Positions 29,601 to 40,102 of a stretch of DNA of 64,000 nt are shown here, in pieces. Numbering within the stretch: position 1 is the stretch's first letter; each line of letters starts with the position of its first letter. Under the pieces are notes generated by a model, which saw only the letters and a program-made list of their open reading frames with translations, was not told where the DNA came from and searched no databases. The position numbers and the translations under genes were made by a program. Source of the stretch: Phyllobates terribilis. Taxonomy: Eukaryota. The stretch is from contig NW_027362762.1 of assembly GCF_046119375.1 (NCBI RefSeq), forward strand, positions 750,076,001-750,140,000, read 5' to 3'.

Positions 29601-32600
29601 ACTCCCCTCGAGCTGGAACAAGTATGTTGTGGTTCCAATCATGCTCTCATTTAGTGATTCTAGTTTGTCGCTCTACTAGAGATTTTTCTACAGCACAATT
29701 GTCAGGATTGCATATTTGCTTTACATCTTGGTTTGCCAGTCGATGTTAGGGCATTAACAGCTGACCAGTAATGCATACACTACACCATAACATGTCCAGA
29801 GAAATCCCAAATGTAATCGAAATTCTACAATAATTAAAATCATTTCAGCCCATCCTATCATGTAAAATAAATGCAAAAACACAGTACAGTTAGCTGTGTT
29901 AACCTACCGCCGCCATGCTGCTGCATCATGTTCTACCCGTTCAGTTGACCATAGAACACATTCACTGTGGGCAACAGTGCCGTGTAATGCCTGTGCTATG
30001 TTTTATAGGGAATGTGCCATCAGAAAATGGCCTGTTGTTTGAAATCAGGTTTTTATGTTAAATGTAATTCTTTTTAAAATGAAAAGTGTTCTCACTATAT
30101 TAACCCCATATCGACCTATGACATACATGTTTCATCATGGGTCACTATGGGCTACATAAAGCCAGGTGGGGAGCAGAGCCCGCTTCATATGCGGCACATG
30201 CCAGCTGTTATATAGCCTACATCTGACTATAACTTCAGTTTAACCATTTAAATGCACGCACTACTTCCCATCAGCCACCTGCAACGCGATCATTGGGAGC
30301 TAATGATTACCTTGGCATTTGGGGCCTGCTGAAGGTCCCTTGCTGCCATCTTAGTCGTCCTGTCAAGCTCATCCACAGACTGAACTTTATAGAACCTCAA
30401 TTTCACCATATACTTCAATACTGAGTTTAGATTGTATACAGTAAAACCAATCACAAGTTCAAGTCCCTTAGGGGGAACTAAAAAATCTAAGAAAAAAAAA
30501 AAAGTTTAATAATAAATAAGACAAATGTTTAAATCACCGTATTTTAATCTCTTCAAAAATAAATGACTAAATATGTTTTTTAATTTTTTTATTTTCATGT
30601 CTGAATAAGTTTAATCTATCGAAATATAAAAGCACTTAAACTGCACACAAAAAAAATTGCCATTTTTTGGTTGCCAAACTTCACACAAAAAAATAAAAGA
30701 AAAGCACCACAAAATGGTATCAATAGAAACTATAATATATTATTTGTTAATAGTCATTCAAAACTACATCTCCTCCTACAAAAAAAACAGCCCCCATACA
30801 GCAATGTTGATGAAAAATAAAGTTAAGGCTCTTCCATCAAGAGTAAAAATAACAAAAGTAGAAAAAAGTGTCCAAGTCCTTAAAGGGTTATTTTTAGTTT
30901 TATTTTTTTTTTAGTAATCTTGCCATTTTTACACTGGCAACGAAGTATAATAGTAGGCTTAAACTTCCCTTTCTTTTCAGCAGCCATATGGACATAGGCT
31001 GCAATAGACTGACTCTGAGTCATTGATTTTCTACAGGAGAGATTTTTTGACAAAAGTTATTGTGAAGGGAGGGGGAGCAGGTGAGCTATGACCTTCACCT
31101 ATTATGAATGGTGGATCCCATGTTATCTGTATACAGAACTGTCACCTTTCATTGTAACCCTGTCTGTGATCACAATACTTCCTGTATAGAACAGGATGTA
31201 TTATTCTAGCATTATGGCACCATATACATTAGATGTTGGCCAACAGCTGTCTCATCCGACTGCCCATACACAGGACTGTTCGGCTCAGCTGAACACTCTT
31301 GAATTCTCTATGAAAGAGCCACTGCTAAACTTTTCTGGCAGTGGCTTATCTCCAAGGAGAACAAAAGGATTTGCTGATGAAATTCATTAGGCCGAATGCT
31401 TCCCTCCACCATCATCATCTGTCGGGGAGAGATGGGAGGCCCCTGTACACATTAGACTGTCAAACCTTGTTTGGCTGACTTTAGTATAATGTGTATGGGG
31501 GTCTCCCTAGGCTTAGTGGTTAGGATTTCTGTTTGTTTTTTATCTATTAAAAAATTCTCACATTTAAAATAAATACATTCAACATAATAACCTGATTTAT
31601 ACAATAGGTCATTTCCTGATGACATATTCCCCCTATGGAATGGGCTCTGGAGATTCACCTGTACCATTCCCAGCATATGATGGCTGTTTTATTCATCCAT
31701 CACCTGCCTCTAGCAGCTGCTGGTGGAGCTAACCTCTGTCCGCTGCTGTTAACATTTACATTGCGCGCCCCAAGGGGTGCAACGTTCAAAGCGCCCATTG
31801 GTGCTTGCCATGACAGCCGGGTGTCTTTTGTAGATCACCGTGCTTGCCATGACAGGGCTCTTATTTAGATCAGCCTATGGCTGGCATTCATAGTAGACAG
31901 TGATTTTTTTTTTTAGCTATTTGCTGCCATAGAGATATATTGCGGCATATAGTATTGGCGATGAGATGATAGCAGGTTTATGTTCTTTATGGAGACGGTA
32001 AAAAAAAATAACACACAAAAATTGGACTTTCCTCATTTAAAAAAATAAAAAAAAAGTGCACACATTTGGTATTATCTGGTCAATAAAAATCTGATCAAAA
32101 TATAAAAATGATTTAAATCGAATACTTGCTAGTATAGAGTTAAAGAACGACGGCAAAGCGGTTTCACCTGGGAAAACTCGGCGGTTGCGGCGGTTTCCTC
32201 TTTCATTTTTGACATATAAACTGGTTTCAGCACATGATACTGGGCAGGTTATCTTATCTTTCTGCTTACTCATGTCTCCTTTTCTTGTATTGAGCTTTTA
32301 TACAATGACCATGAAATCATATAATCATAAATATTAACGAACCCCAAATTCTGCCCGCAATTTAAACTAAACAAAAAGTTGCAAAATGGTATTTTTTTCC
32401 TATTTCTTTCTAGGTTCCCAAACTTTGCCGACGAATATGCCTCCTCCTCGCAAGCTACCTCAACGTCCTTGGGCTGCATCTATCCCTACGATCCTCACGC
32501 ACAGTGCCTTGCACGTACTTCTACTACCATCTCCAACGCCTGGGTTAGCACCAGCCTTGGCAGGAAGCTACCTGTGTTCTCCTCTTGAAAGGTTTCTCGG

Positions 32601-35600
32601 CTCTGTAAACATGAGGCGGCATCTTCAAAGGATAATCCAACAAGAAACTGTACGTATGCACTCATATATATCTGGTCCTATCGTTATTCATTAAGGTCTG
32701 ATAGAATGCTGAAAACTTTTATTATTTAGAATAAAGTATAAAATGGAGTAATTCCTTCATGTTGAAAAAATGTCAGCAGGTACATGTTTGTGTACTTACG
32801 ACATGTATTTCATCCTTTTCAGCTGCAGCTCATAAACTCCAATGAGCCAGGAGTTATTATGTTCAAGACAGAAGTTCTAAAGTGTCGTGTGGCTCTTAAC
32901 CCAACCACGAACCAGACTCTGCAACTGAAAGTGACACCTGAAAATGCCGGACAGTGGAAGCCAGAGGAACTACAGGTCCTGGAGAAGTTCTTTGAGACCA
33001 GGGTATGTTTATAGTATTCTCCAAAGTAATGGTTTCTCCGCAAGGTTTGTGTAGACCAAATCTGACCTGACTTGTATCTTGTCAGAGAGATTAATTCCTT
33101 TGAAATACCTCTATCCATACTGATACCAAAAAACATGGCACTCATCAGTTTGCCTGAAGCTATATGATTAATCGATTTTATGCTGTGCTTGGCACATGCT
33201 AATCATCTAAGGAGCGGATGCCCTTTCTTTGAGACATGCAACAGGCTGAAATTGTTTTGTTTTAAAATTTTGAAAATAAAGTGGCCTTGTTTGGTTACTA
33301 AAAAACGTTATACCTAGATTGGTTTAACACCCTGTGCAGTAAAACCACTCCGGAGGCCCATCTCCACAAACTTCTCAGACGTAGCCTGCAGAATAGAAGG
33401 GCTTTTTAGCTGACCTTTGCCATCAGATTGCATACTGCTCACCATGTTTGTGGGCTCCATCTCTGGGAGTTGAGTTTTCTGCTACTATGGTCTGAATAAT
33501 CTACAGCTGAAAGCTGTGTCATATCTTTGAGCTTTTCACAACTTTAGAGCCTGAGCATTTTCATTACATGTTTGCATATTATTTGCTTTGTCATCTTTTC
33601 CTATGACAAAAGTGTCCAGTGCTAAGATATTGATGATCTATTCATTGGCTGGGACATGAATATGATCTTGATCAGGTTTCGGCACCCCCATTGACCAGCT
33701 GTTACCAGGTCCAGCAGCTACCGGGAGCACACAGAGCCACAGCTCCATGCACTGTTCTCAGATATTGCAACTCATCTCCCCTTCCTTTTAATAAAGTGTT
33801 GAGCTGCAGTACCCAAGAACAGCCACTACAGAGAGTAGGGAGCTGTGATTTTCCAGTCTACACAGTTTACATCCAGCTGCTGCCAGAGCGGTAACAGCTG
33901 ATTGGTGACTGTGTAGGTGTTGAACACCCAACAGATTTTATATTGATGACCTATACTAAGAATAGCTCATCTATATCTTAGTGCTGTATATCCCCTTTAA
34001 GAACTATAGCACTGCTGAGGCTCTACTTTTAATTCCTCTACTTTTGGGTCCTGTGTTGATCCCTAAATTATCTTACAGTAATGTAACTATACAGCGCTGT
34101 TATTTTGTGGCCTATGCTTTTACACTAGGCTGTCCAGCTGCATAGTAGCACCTGAAAATGCAACTTTTTCTCCTTTTTTCTTTTTCCTGTTTCAAGCTCG
34201 TCCAGATAAAATGTTTTCACTTATCGTGTTATGGATTTAATTTTGTAATGAAACCTAATAAAATCTGTTTTTACTGTTTTAGGTTGCAGGTCCACCATTC
34301 AAAGCGAACACACTAATAGCTTTTACAAAGTTATTAGGTGCACCGACGCACATACTCCGAGACTGTGTCCACATAATGAAGCTCGAGCTGGTAAGAATCC
34401 ATGGGCACTCACACAATACATTATGGCAGATTTGGTATCTTTTATAAAAATAGACTATTCTCTTAATTGGTACCTAATCATGAAGGGGATTATAGAAATG
34501 GTGCCATCCTAGTTCACAGGCTGTGTCTTCTGTTGCAGTTTTGGTAAGCTGTAGTATGTTTTGTAAAGTGGAATGACTTAAAACATTTAAAAAAAAAAAA
34601 ACAACAACTTATAACCTTTTCATTTTTTGTTTTCAGAGCAATGTGAGGGTTTGTATCTTGCAATGTGATCTATAGATTTATTGGTACCATTTCGAGATAC
34701 AAAACACTTTTCCATCATAAACAAAAATGGCGATCCTGGCATAGTTTTTCAAATTTTTTATTTTTCCCCTTTTGCAGTGCCCACCGTGCGAGATAAATAA
34801 TAATATAGTTTTACTGTAGTTGTCTTTAAGGATGCAATGATGTCAGATTTTTATTTTTTTATTTTTATCACTAGTGTCTTTGTTTCTTATTGCATTGAAC
34901 AACTTTATATATTAACTTTTTTTTTTATTAAATAGTATTTAATAGTTTTCTTTTTTTTTTCTTTTAAAGGGACTCTCCGAGCCAGTGCCACTCAGTCTCA
35001 GATCGCTATTAACCTGCAGAATAACCCCATCTATGCTGGTTATTAGCATTATTTTACATGGCAGGTTCCCTTTAAACAAGGGGACTTGAACTCCTACAAG
35101 GGGACTCCGGTTGCTAATAGCCAGTCTCCCTCTGTCAAACTCTCTACGTTCTGCGGTCACTAATCACTGTGGCATGTTAGGGTTAGTTGGGTGCTGACGG
35201 TGCTCACTCCACACTGCTGTCAGTACTAGGGGAGTTAGAGGTTTCCCGGGGTGACTATTCACGGCCTTCACTTACTAATGGAAAGTGGCACATTCTTTTC
35301 TTACATAAAATTTCTGTGGTGTGTTAGCACATGATTTGTTATTTTTTTTATTTTTGAAAATTGTTCTGTGGACACTAACTCCTCTGTAAAACAGTTTCCA
35401 GATCAAGCAACGCAACTGAAGTGGAATGTGCAGTTCTGTTTGACTATCCCTCCAAGTGCTCCGCCGATTGCTCCTCCGGGGACTCCTGCTGTTGTCCTTA
35501 AATCTAAAATGCTGTTTTTTGTAAGTATTGGGAATTTGTAAAGGTGAAGATCGATCCAGTAATCACTAGAAAAAAATACAATTTCTATGACCGTACCGAT

Positions 35601-38105
35601 ATCTATTGAGTTTACCCTGAAGAGTGCAGTAACCTCCAGGTAGTAATAGTAACATTTATTTATTTTTTATTTGTGCCACAGTAGCCCCTTTTTAAATTGA
35701 TGGGGCCTTCAGGCTAGCATACTGGCTTCTGGTTTTACTGGATCAATGACAGATTCATTCTGATAATTTTTTGGGGACTCCTTTGACTAGTAATGTGTAT
35801 ATAATCTATACTATTCTTACCTTCAGCAAGTAATGGCAATTCATATAACATAATTTTGATGAGTAAGTTGATCAGTGGAACCATGTATTGTAATGGATGA
35901 ACTTGAATTTATCTTATGTGCGCTTGGGCTAATAGGGCTGGATTCTGAGTTTACATATATTGTCTCCTGAAAAAAAATGTTACTGCTGTCTATCCATTGG
36001 TTGAAAAATACTAAACATATCTAAAGTAATGAGGTATCTCTAAGGAGATCCAGGTTAGATTATAGATTCACAATCCATGGTTTGTCCCTTTTATAGGTTG
36101 GTCTTCAAAATATTTCTGCTTTTATATTTTCTATCTGAGCCAGTTTTCATTTTTTCAGTCATAACATTTTTACTTTTACGTTTACATGGTCGAATTTGGG
36201 CTTGTTCTTTTGCAGAACAAGCTTAGGTCTTAGTTTTGAATTACATAATTTATTCTACCATACAATGTGCAGTCCTGCCATTTATTTTTTGGGGAATTTA
36301 ATATGTCCTGTCGATTAATCTATGTGGACTTTTTTTTTATGACTAGTGTGTATTGGTACTTGTTATATTTATATGTATGTGTATGTACAGTATGTGTGTG
36401 TATGTATATGTGTATATAATTATTTACTTAAATATTTTTTTGGGCCGATTGGTATCACTGTGTCCATGAAAGACCAAATATGCTTTTTCTTTCATTTATT
36501 TTCACAGTAGGAAAATATAATTTTGTGGGGTTTTATTTCTCCTTGCTGGTTTCTGACGGAACTCTCAGTGGGCACCGAAACTGACACGTCACCAAGTTTG
36601 CTCCACCTAAATTCAGCAGAGATTGACAGTGGTAGTTAAGTGGTTAAACAGCAGTGATTGGAGCCAGGTCCAGTTGCTGCTTCTAGAGGCAGGTGCTGGC
36701 TGTATATTCAGGGCCTCTTTGCCTACATCAGGCTGCTCTCAGATTAGGTAGCAAAAACCTGCTGACAGATTCTCTTTAAATTGCATTGATAAAAAAACAC
36801 GAAATGTGCCTGGTCAGGAAGCAAGATACCAAATGCCGTATACAGACGTGTGACTATTTTCCACTAGTTTGATAACTGACAGATTGTAATTATGTGTTGC
36901 TTTTTGTTGTTCACAGCTCCAGTTAACCCAAAAGACGTCTGTGCCACCAGAGCCTGTTAGTATTATTGTTCCAATCATCTATGACATGGCGTCGGGAACA
37001 ACTCAACAAGCGGACATCCCTCGTCAGCAGAACTCCTCAGTGGCCGCTCCTCTGATGGTCAGCAACATTCTGAAGAGGTTTGCAGAGATGAATCAACCAC
37101 GTCCAGGTTAGCCATATTCTATTCAGATCTATATCTATCTATCTATTCTGCATGCCGCTATATGGAAAATCTTATTCTACTGCTTTAATTTAAAAAGAAC
37201 TCTTATTACATACATCCTGTGAGTCTGCACCTGTGCATCTAAGTAATGGATGCACCAGAATCTTTCCCTGCATGAACTTACTCTGCTGGCTGTGTCTGTC
37301 TGTCCTAATACTGGTGTACAAGCTGATTTGTTTAGTGTCTGCAGAAAGGCTATAGGCATTGCAGGAGGAGATGATGCATATTTGGCTCATTGTCTGCCTC
37401 CTAGTGGCAGCAGCTTGTACCACAGTGCGGCCATATTGGTAGCATTGTTACATCGACTGTCATTTTGTCAATGTGTTATATTAATAGCAAAGCACCTGGG
37501 TTGCTATGAGTTTGAGATTCCAATTTAAAAATGGCAACAAAGGTGGCTGCAATTCCTGACAGCTTTGCAAAAATGGCAATTTTTTTTTTTCCGATAAATA
37601 TAATAAACAGTACTTTTCATTATCTGATCCTCCTAAGTAGAATCTCATCTGGATATTATTACAGTGCCATTTTTTTAAGCTTGGGTCTCTCTACTACTTG
37701 CAGAGGGATTTACTGTTACCCTCTGCATCCAAAAAATTAGGTGTGTTTCTGCTCGGAGTTCTTCGGCCCTTTTCATGGGTCCGGGATTTGCTAAGTATTT
37801 TGGCGTTTGTCACAATGAAGTTGTAATCACATCCTCTGACATTCCACATTCGGGGCAGAAATCAAAGTATTAGCCTGAGATTTCTGCTGTGTGATATGAG
37901 TGTCACCTATTTTGTTTGATGTCTATCTGAAGGATCTGTCCTGTGATCCCACAACCAGTCAGGGCTCCTATCCTACTAATTCGACAATGTGTCACATAAT
38001 CTGGTAACACTTTTTCCTTCTCTGTCCACAGGGGAATGCACGATATTTGCCGCAGTGCGTGATCTTATGGCTAATCTTACACTGCCACCGGGTGGACGAC
38101 CTTGA
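1667..38105 (+). CDS. MED14: Mediator complex subunit 14, 24 coding exons (5'-partial gene span including introns; would be exons 8-31 if the 31-exon human structure is conserved)
   Basis: Spliced translation follows vertebrate MED14 from (H)[14 protein letters not shown] to [14 protein letters not shown]. All introns are GT-AG and phases are consistent. Exon total is 3461 nt = 2 nt of a split codon + 1153 codons including the stop. Confidence 0.97.
2200..5750 (+). mobile_element. Decayed DIRS1-like tyrosine-recombinase retrotransposon with internal deletion
   Basis: gag-like [17 protein letters not shown] and KDPLDRKAD; RT segments SRLGGLL..W, FKMES..LDLKDAF, LPFGLS.AP.IFTK, YLDN; YR C-terminus ([28 protein letters not shown]). 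5469-5496 is the reverse complement of 2200-2228. Many stops and frameshifts. Right boundary uncertain. Confidence 0.85.
5789..6937 (+). mobile_element. 5'-truncated L2-clade LINE (RT C-terminus, 3' UTR, (AAT)n tail)
   Basis: GPLLFSIYT...[12 protein letters not shown]...LKLNMEKTE; frameshifted at a poly-C run; ends GTAAAGCGCC...GGCGCTATAATAATAATAAT. Confidence 0.85.
7547..7697 (+). CDS. MED14: MED14 exon 2
   Basis: tag|C CAA CAG...ATG CGG|gtacgt; [21 protein letters not shown]...ERAMR. Confidence 0.95.
7775..7886 (+). CDS. MED14: MED14 exon 3
   Basis: tag|ATT GAC CAC...AAC T|gtaggt; [37 protein letters not shown]. Confidence 0.95.
8790..10770. repeat. Tandem array of ~383-bp units, each made of two palindromes
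   Basis: GTGACCCCATTTTGGAAACTA at 8835, 9218, 9601, 9984, 10358 and 10741, with its reverse complement between successive copies. Confidence 0.95.
10870..11162. mobile_element. GTGTTGAGCG-type MITE nested in the piggyBac-like element
   Basis: TTGAGCGCAAGTGCTC.CTACTTGAGTTTGCATCGGGT inverted against ACCCGATGCAAACTCAAGTAGCGAGCACTTGCTCTCAACAC|TA. Confidence 0.7.
11209..11310. repeat. Degenerate telomere-like hexamer/18-mer repeat (CCCTAA/CCCTAG/CCCCAG)
   Basis: ccctaaccccagcacaaccctagccccagcacaaccctagcc... read directly. Confidence 0.8.
13811..13936 (+). CDS. MED14: MED14 exon 4
   Basis: cag|CA TTT GTG...TTT G|gtaaga; [41 protein letters not shown]. Confidence 0.95.
13948..14265. other. Assembly gap (318 N)
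   Basis: Run of N. Confidence 1.
14266..14601. mobile_element. Tc1-derived MITE whose left end is lost in the gap
   Basis: GAGACCACTG just after the gap is inverted against CAGTGGTCTCTTAATTTTTGCCAGAG at the right end. Confidence 0.6.
14601..14674. repeat. Compound microsatellite (GT)n(ATGT)n(GT)n(AT)n
   Basis: Read directly. Confidence 0.95.
14743..14821 (+). CDS. MED14: MED14 exon 5
   Basis: tag|AC CAG ACC...CTT AA|gtaagt; [25 protein letters not shown]. Confidence 0.95.
14901..15488. mobile_element. Kolobok/T2-like MITE containing an L2 3'-end fragment (~14975-15168)
   Basis: ttaa|AGGGAATCTGTCA ... ACAAATTCCCC|ttaa; insert is nearly identical to 6760-6937. Confidence 0.75.
15641..15800 (+). 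CDS. MED14: MED14 exon 6
   Basis: tag|G TTC TGG...TAC ATA|gtaaga; [17 protein letters not shown]...[10 protein letters not shown]. Confidence 0.95.
15962..16156 (+). CDS. MED14: MED14 exon 7
   Basis: tag|GTA GTG GAG...CGC AAA|gtaaat; [11 protein letters not shown]...ALLLQRFK...GCKRK. Confidence 0.93.
16279..16413 (+). CDS. MED14: MED14 exon 8
   Basis: cag|CTC TCT...ACA GAA|gtaagt; LSGDQG...[29 protein letters not shown]. Confidence 0.95.
17098..17567. mobile_element. hAT-like MITE with an internal ~32-bp minisatellite
   Basis: CAGGGGTGGGCAA ... TTGCCCAGGTCTG; 8-bp flanks ATATACCA / GTATACTA (6/8 match). Confidence 0.65.
18088..18164 (+). CDS. MED14: MED14 exon 9
   Basis: cag|TTA TCC AAC...CTA AG|gtaaat; [25 protein letters not shown]. 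Confidence 0.95.
18881..19101. mobile_element. 221-bp TA-flanked MITE with ~60-bp near-perfect terminal inverted repeats
   Basis: ta|GTGATGAGCGAGTATGTTTTGTTAACCCTTTCGCCGA ... TCGGCGAAAGGGTTAACAAAACATACTCGCTCATCAC|ta. Confidence 0.85.
19447..19607 (+). CDS. MED14: MED14 exon 10 (a second in-frame donor lies after 19613)
   Basis: aag|A ATT CCT...CAA G|gtcagc; [46 protein letters not shown]. Confidence 0.92.
19698..19844 (+). CDS. MED14: MED14 exon 11
   Basis: tag|GT CCA ACA...CAA G|gtaatc; [39 protein letters not shown]. Confidence 0.95.
19928..20019 (+). CDS. MED14: MED14 exon 12
   Basis: cag|AC ATA CCA...AGC TCG|gtatgt; [30 protein letters not shown]. Confidence 0.95.
20121..20273 (+). CDS. 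MED14: MED14 exon 13
   Basis: cag|ATA AGT ATT...TTA CAG|gtatac; [17 protein letters not shown]...NVVQLLQ. Confidence 0.95.
21185..21454 (+). CDS. MED14: MED14 exon 14
   Basis: tag|GTA TTG TTT...CTG AAG|gtgggt; [26 protein letters not shown]...GFYPAPGLK. Confidence 0.96.
21902..22039 (+). CDS. MED14: MED14 exon 15
   Basis: cag|ACT TTC TTA...CAG CAG|gtaata; [39 protein letters not shown]. Confidence 0.95.
22943..23210 (+). mobile_element. tRNA-derived SINE (V-SINE-like core, L2-like tail)
   Basis: Box A TGGCTCAGTAGTTAGC, box B GGTTCAAATCC, core TGTATGTTCTCCCCGTG..GGTTTCCTCCCACACTCCAAAGAC, (TTA)n tail. Confidence 0.85.
23345..23453 (+). CDS. MED14: MED14 exon 16
   Basis: cag|TTT GCA AAG...CCA G|gtgagc; [36 protein letters not shown]. 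Confidence 0.92.
23882..24007 (+). CDS. MED14: MED14 exon 17
   Basis: tag|GG AAC TTG...CAT G|gtgagt; [18 protein letters not shown]...FSSPH. Confidence 0.93.
24849..25229. mobile_element. Kolobok/T2-like MITE
   Basis: ttaa|AGGGAATTTATCAG ... CAGACAGATTCCCT|ttaa. Confidence 0.75.
25735..26137. mobile_element. Kolobok/T2-like MITE
   Basis: ttaa|AGGGAACCGGTCA ... CGACAAATTCCCT|ttat. Confidence 0.7.
26780..29070 (+). mobile_element. Highly decayed L2 LINE remnant interrupted by MITEs
   Basis: [15 protein letters not shown] (LLDLSAAFD-like) near 26810; similarity to the 6470-6830 L2 sequence at 28820-28990. Confidence 0.45.
27125..27318. repeat. 30-31-bp minisatellite (~6 copies) inside a probable hAT-like MITE (~27057-27635)
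   Basis: GGCCCCACATAGTCCTCCATACAGAATAAT-like units at 27127, 27158, 27189, 27219, 27249, 27279. Confidence 0.85.
29439..29621 (+). CDS. MED14: MED14 exon 18
   Basis: cag|GT ACA TTA...ACA A|gtatgt; [37 protein letters not shown]...HSPRAGT. Confidence 0.95.
32414..32649 (+). CDS. MED14: MED14 exon 19
   Basis: tag|GT TCC CAA...GAA ACT|gtacgt; [32 protein letters not shown]...[12 protein letters not shown]. Confidence 0.96.
32823..33002 (+). CDS. MED14: MED14 exon 20
   Basis: cag|CTG CAG CTC...ACC AGG|gtatgt; [16 protein letters not shown]...LEKFFETR. Confidence 0.96.
34283..34390 (+). CDS. MED14: MED14 exon 21
   Basis: tag|GTT GCA GGT...GAG CTG|gtaaga; [36 protein letters not shown]. Confidence 0.96.
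35395..35520 (+). CDS. MED14: MED14 exon 22
   Basis: cag|TTT CCA GAT...TTT TTT|gtaagt; [42 protein letters not shown]. Confidence 0.96.
36917..37106 (+). CDS. MED14: MED14 exon 23
   Basis: cag|CTC CAG TTA...CCA G|gttagc; [41 protein letters not shown]. Confidence 0.96.
38032..38105 (+). CDS. MED14: MED14 final coding exon
   Basis: cag|GG GAA TGC...GGA CGA CCT TGA; [23 protein letters not shown]. Confidence 0.96.
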
Positions 38106-38641
38106 ACACTATTCAAAAGTCGCATGGATTAATATTATTTTTTTTTAATATATATATTTTTTTCGTTGACATGAAAATATGGATTGGACTAGGGAGAGCT
38201 TCCCATTTGATATTTTTGTTTGTATGAAAAATGACGCAAAAGCTAGCAGATATTTTTCAAAGATGCACTTCATCAGAAATTATATATAATTGATCAAAAC
38301 TTTTTTTTTTTTTTTTTTTGTATATTGTTGTTGTATAGTGTGTTTTACTATAACTCATTTCAAGTTATGATGAAAACTTAATATTCACCTCACAGGAACA
38401 TGTTTAATATTCTGTTTTATACCGAATGAAATATGAAAATGCCAAATTTTCTTTTCTTCTTCCTGTAAATGTGTATTCTTTGGTGTGACAGATTCTTTTT
38501 TTTAAGAACAATTGTCACTTTGGATACTGTAAAACTGTGACAGACTTTATAATGAAACTGTATTTTAATATGACCGCTTAAAATCCTAATACAAAAGCAT
38601 CTGGACATGTTAAGAACATGGCCTCAAAAATAGCAATATTT

Positions 38642-38647
38642 AATAAA
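38642..38647 (+). terminator. Putative MED14 polyadenylation signal AATAAA (3' UTR about 550 nt, AU-rich)
   Basis: First AATAAA seen downstream of the stop codon, at the end of an AU/U-rich tract. Confidence 0.5.
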
Positions 38648-38775
38648 CTAGGGCAAAGAGAAAAGTTTGAACATGTTGTGACCCATGGGAAAAACATACT
38701 ATTGCGACCATGATCCATGCTCTGCTTTCAGTGTTTTCTTGTGGGCATGAAAAGAAAAGGTAGGTTATGCAGTAA

Positions 38776-39258
38776 AGGAAACTTGTCCCATGAAAAACAC
38801 GCTATTAACCTGCAGCTATGAGCTTAAACTGCGGGTTAGTAGTGTTCTGAACCTGCCTGGCACCTGCTCTTAGAGCTCCGTTGCCAGGAGGAAATAAACT
38901 TTATTCCTTCTGGCATCGGGGTTGCGCCGGCGCGGTTTCAGTCACCGCTCTGTGTATATAAAGTAGTGGCTGTAACCACGTCCCCTGGCAGTGACTGACA
39001 GCTCACTCATCATTAAACCGACTTGCAGTCAGTGTCGGGGCGTAGTTACAGCCATTGCTCGCTATACACAAAGCTATGACTAAAGCCGTACCGAAGCCAC
39101 CCCTGTGACTGAAAGACTGAGCCTGCCGGGAGGAATAAAGTCAATTTCCTTCCAGCAGCTGGGCTCTCTGTGCTGGCGCGGCACCGTGTCAGAGCGCTAT
39201 TAACTTTCAGATTAAATATCTGCAGATTAATAGCATTTTTTCACGTGACAGGTTCACT
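38776..39258. mobile_element. Kolobok/T2-like MITE downstream of MED14
   Basis: AGGAAACTTGTCCCATGAAAAACACGCTATTAACCTGCAG inverted against CTGCAGATTAATAGCATTTTTTCACGTGACAGGTTCACT|ttaa. Confidence 0.7.
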
Positions 39259-40102
39259 TTAAGTTCCACCAATGCTGTGACTTTTTTTTTTTTTTTTAAT
39301 AGTCTTCTTTCTTTCAAATTCAATATTCAATCATATACTTAATCTCTTCCCACGGAAGCCAGTTTTAATGTTTCTCACCAGGCCAAATGTTTCAAATCTG
39401 CCAATTATCACTTTGTGCTATTATCTTTGGAATATTTTTATATATTCCCAATGCATGGCCTTTAAATCTCTGTATGCAAACTTGGCTCTCTCCACAAGGA
39501 GAAACGTTATCCTTTAGAGAAAAAAAAAAAAACGGTGGTAGATCAGCTCACCAAATAGTTGGGCGCAGTAGAAGTGGCGTTGTCAGAAGCCACACACGGA
39601 TCCAGTCAGAGCAGCTGCACATGTACAAGAATGAAGGGAGAAACGATCCAGCGGAAATGGAGGCTTTCTAAAAATTCCAGGTATACAGGTAATGTAGTAT
39701 ATAATACTGTTAACAGAACCTACTAGCTTTGACAGTGTCTTGCTCATGGTCTGTCTTGTCTGTTGGTTATCAATTATTTGGGCAATATTTCCAAAGCAGT
39801 TTCCACATAAGCTGTATCCAAACATTTTGCTAGAACACACAAGGGTGATGTAACAGGCTTCAGGTTTTTGGGCATAGAAAAAGTACATAAGCCACACCGT
39901 GGAGGGCATCTCGAACATAAACTGCTGAAGTATCATTTGATTTGATTGATATGCTCTTTTTTTCTGTCTATTGGATTTATTTTAATTTACTGCTGACACC
40001 TGTCTGCTGGCATATCACATGATACTTGAACACACCCTATTAATTTACGTCTTTGATCGATTTATTTCCTGACAACCAGGAGACAAGACAGACCATGAGT
40101 AA

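Noticed and set aside
32823-32828. Alternative acceptors 6 nt downstream (cag|CTGCAG| here and cag|CTCCAG| at 36917)
   Set aside because: They would delete conserved LQ residues; the proximal AG directly follows the pyrimidine tract and there is no supporting evidence.
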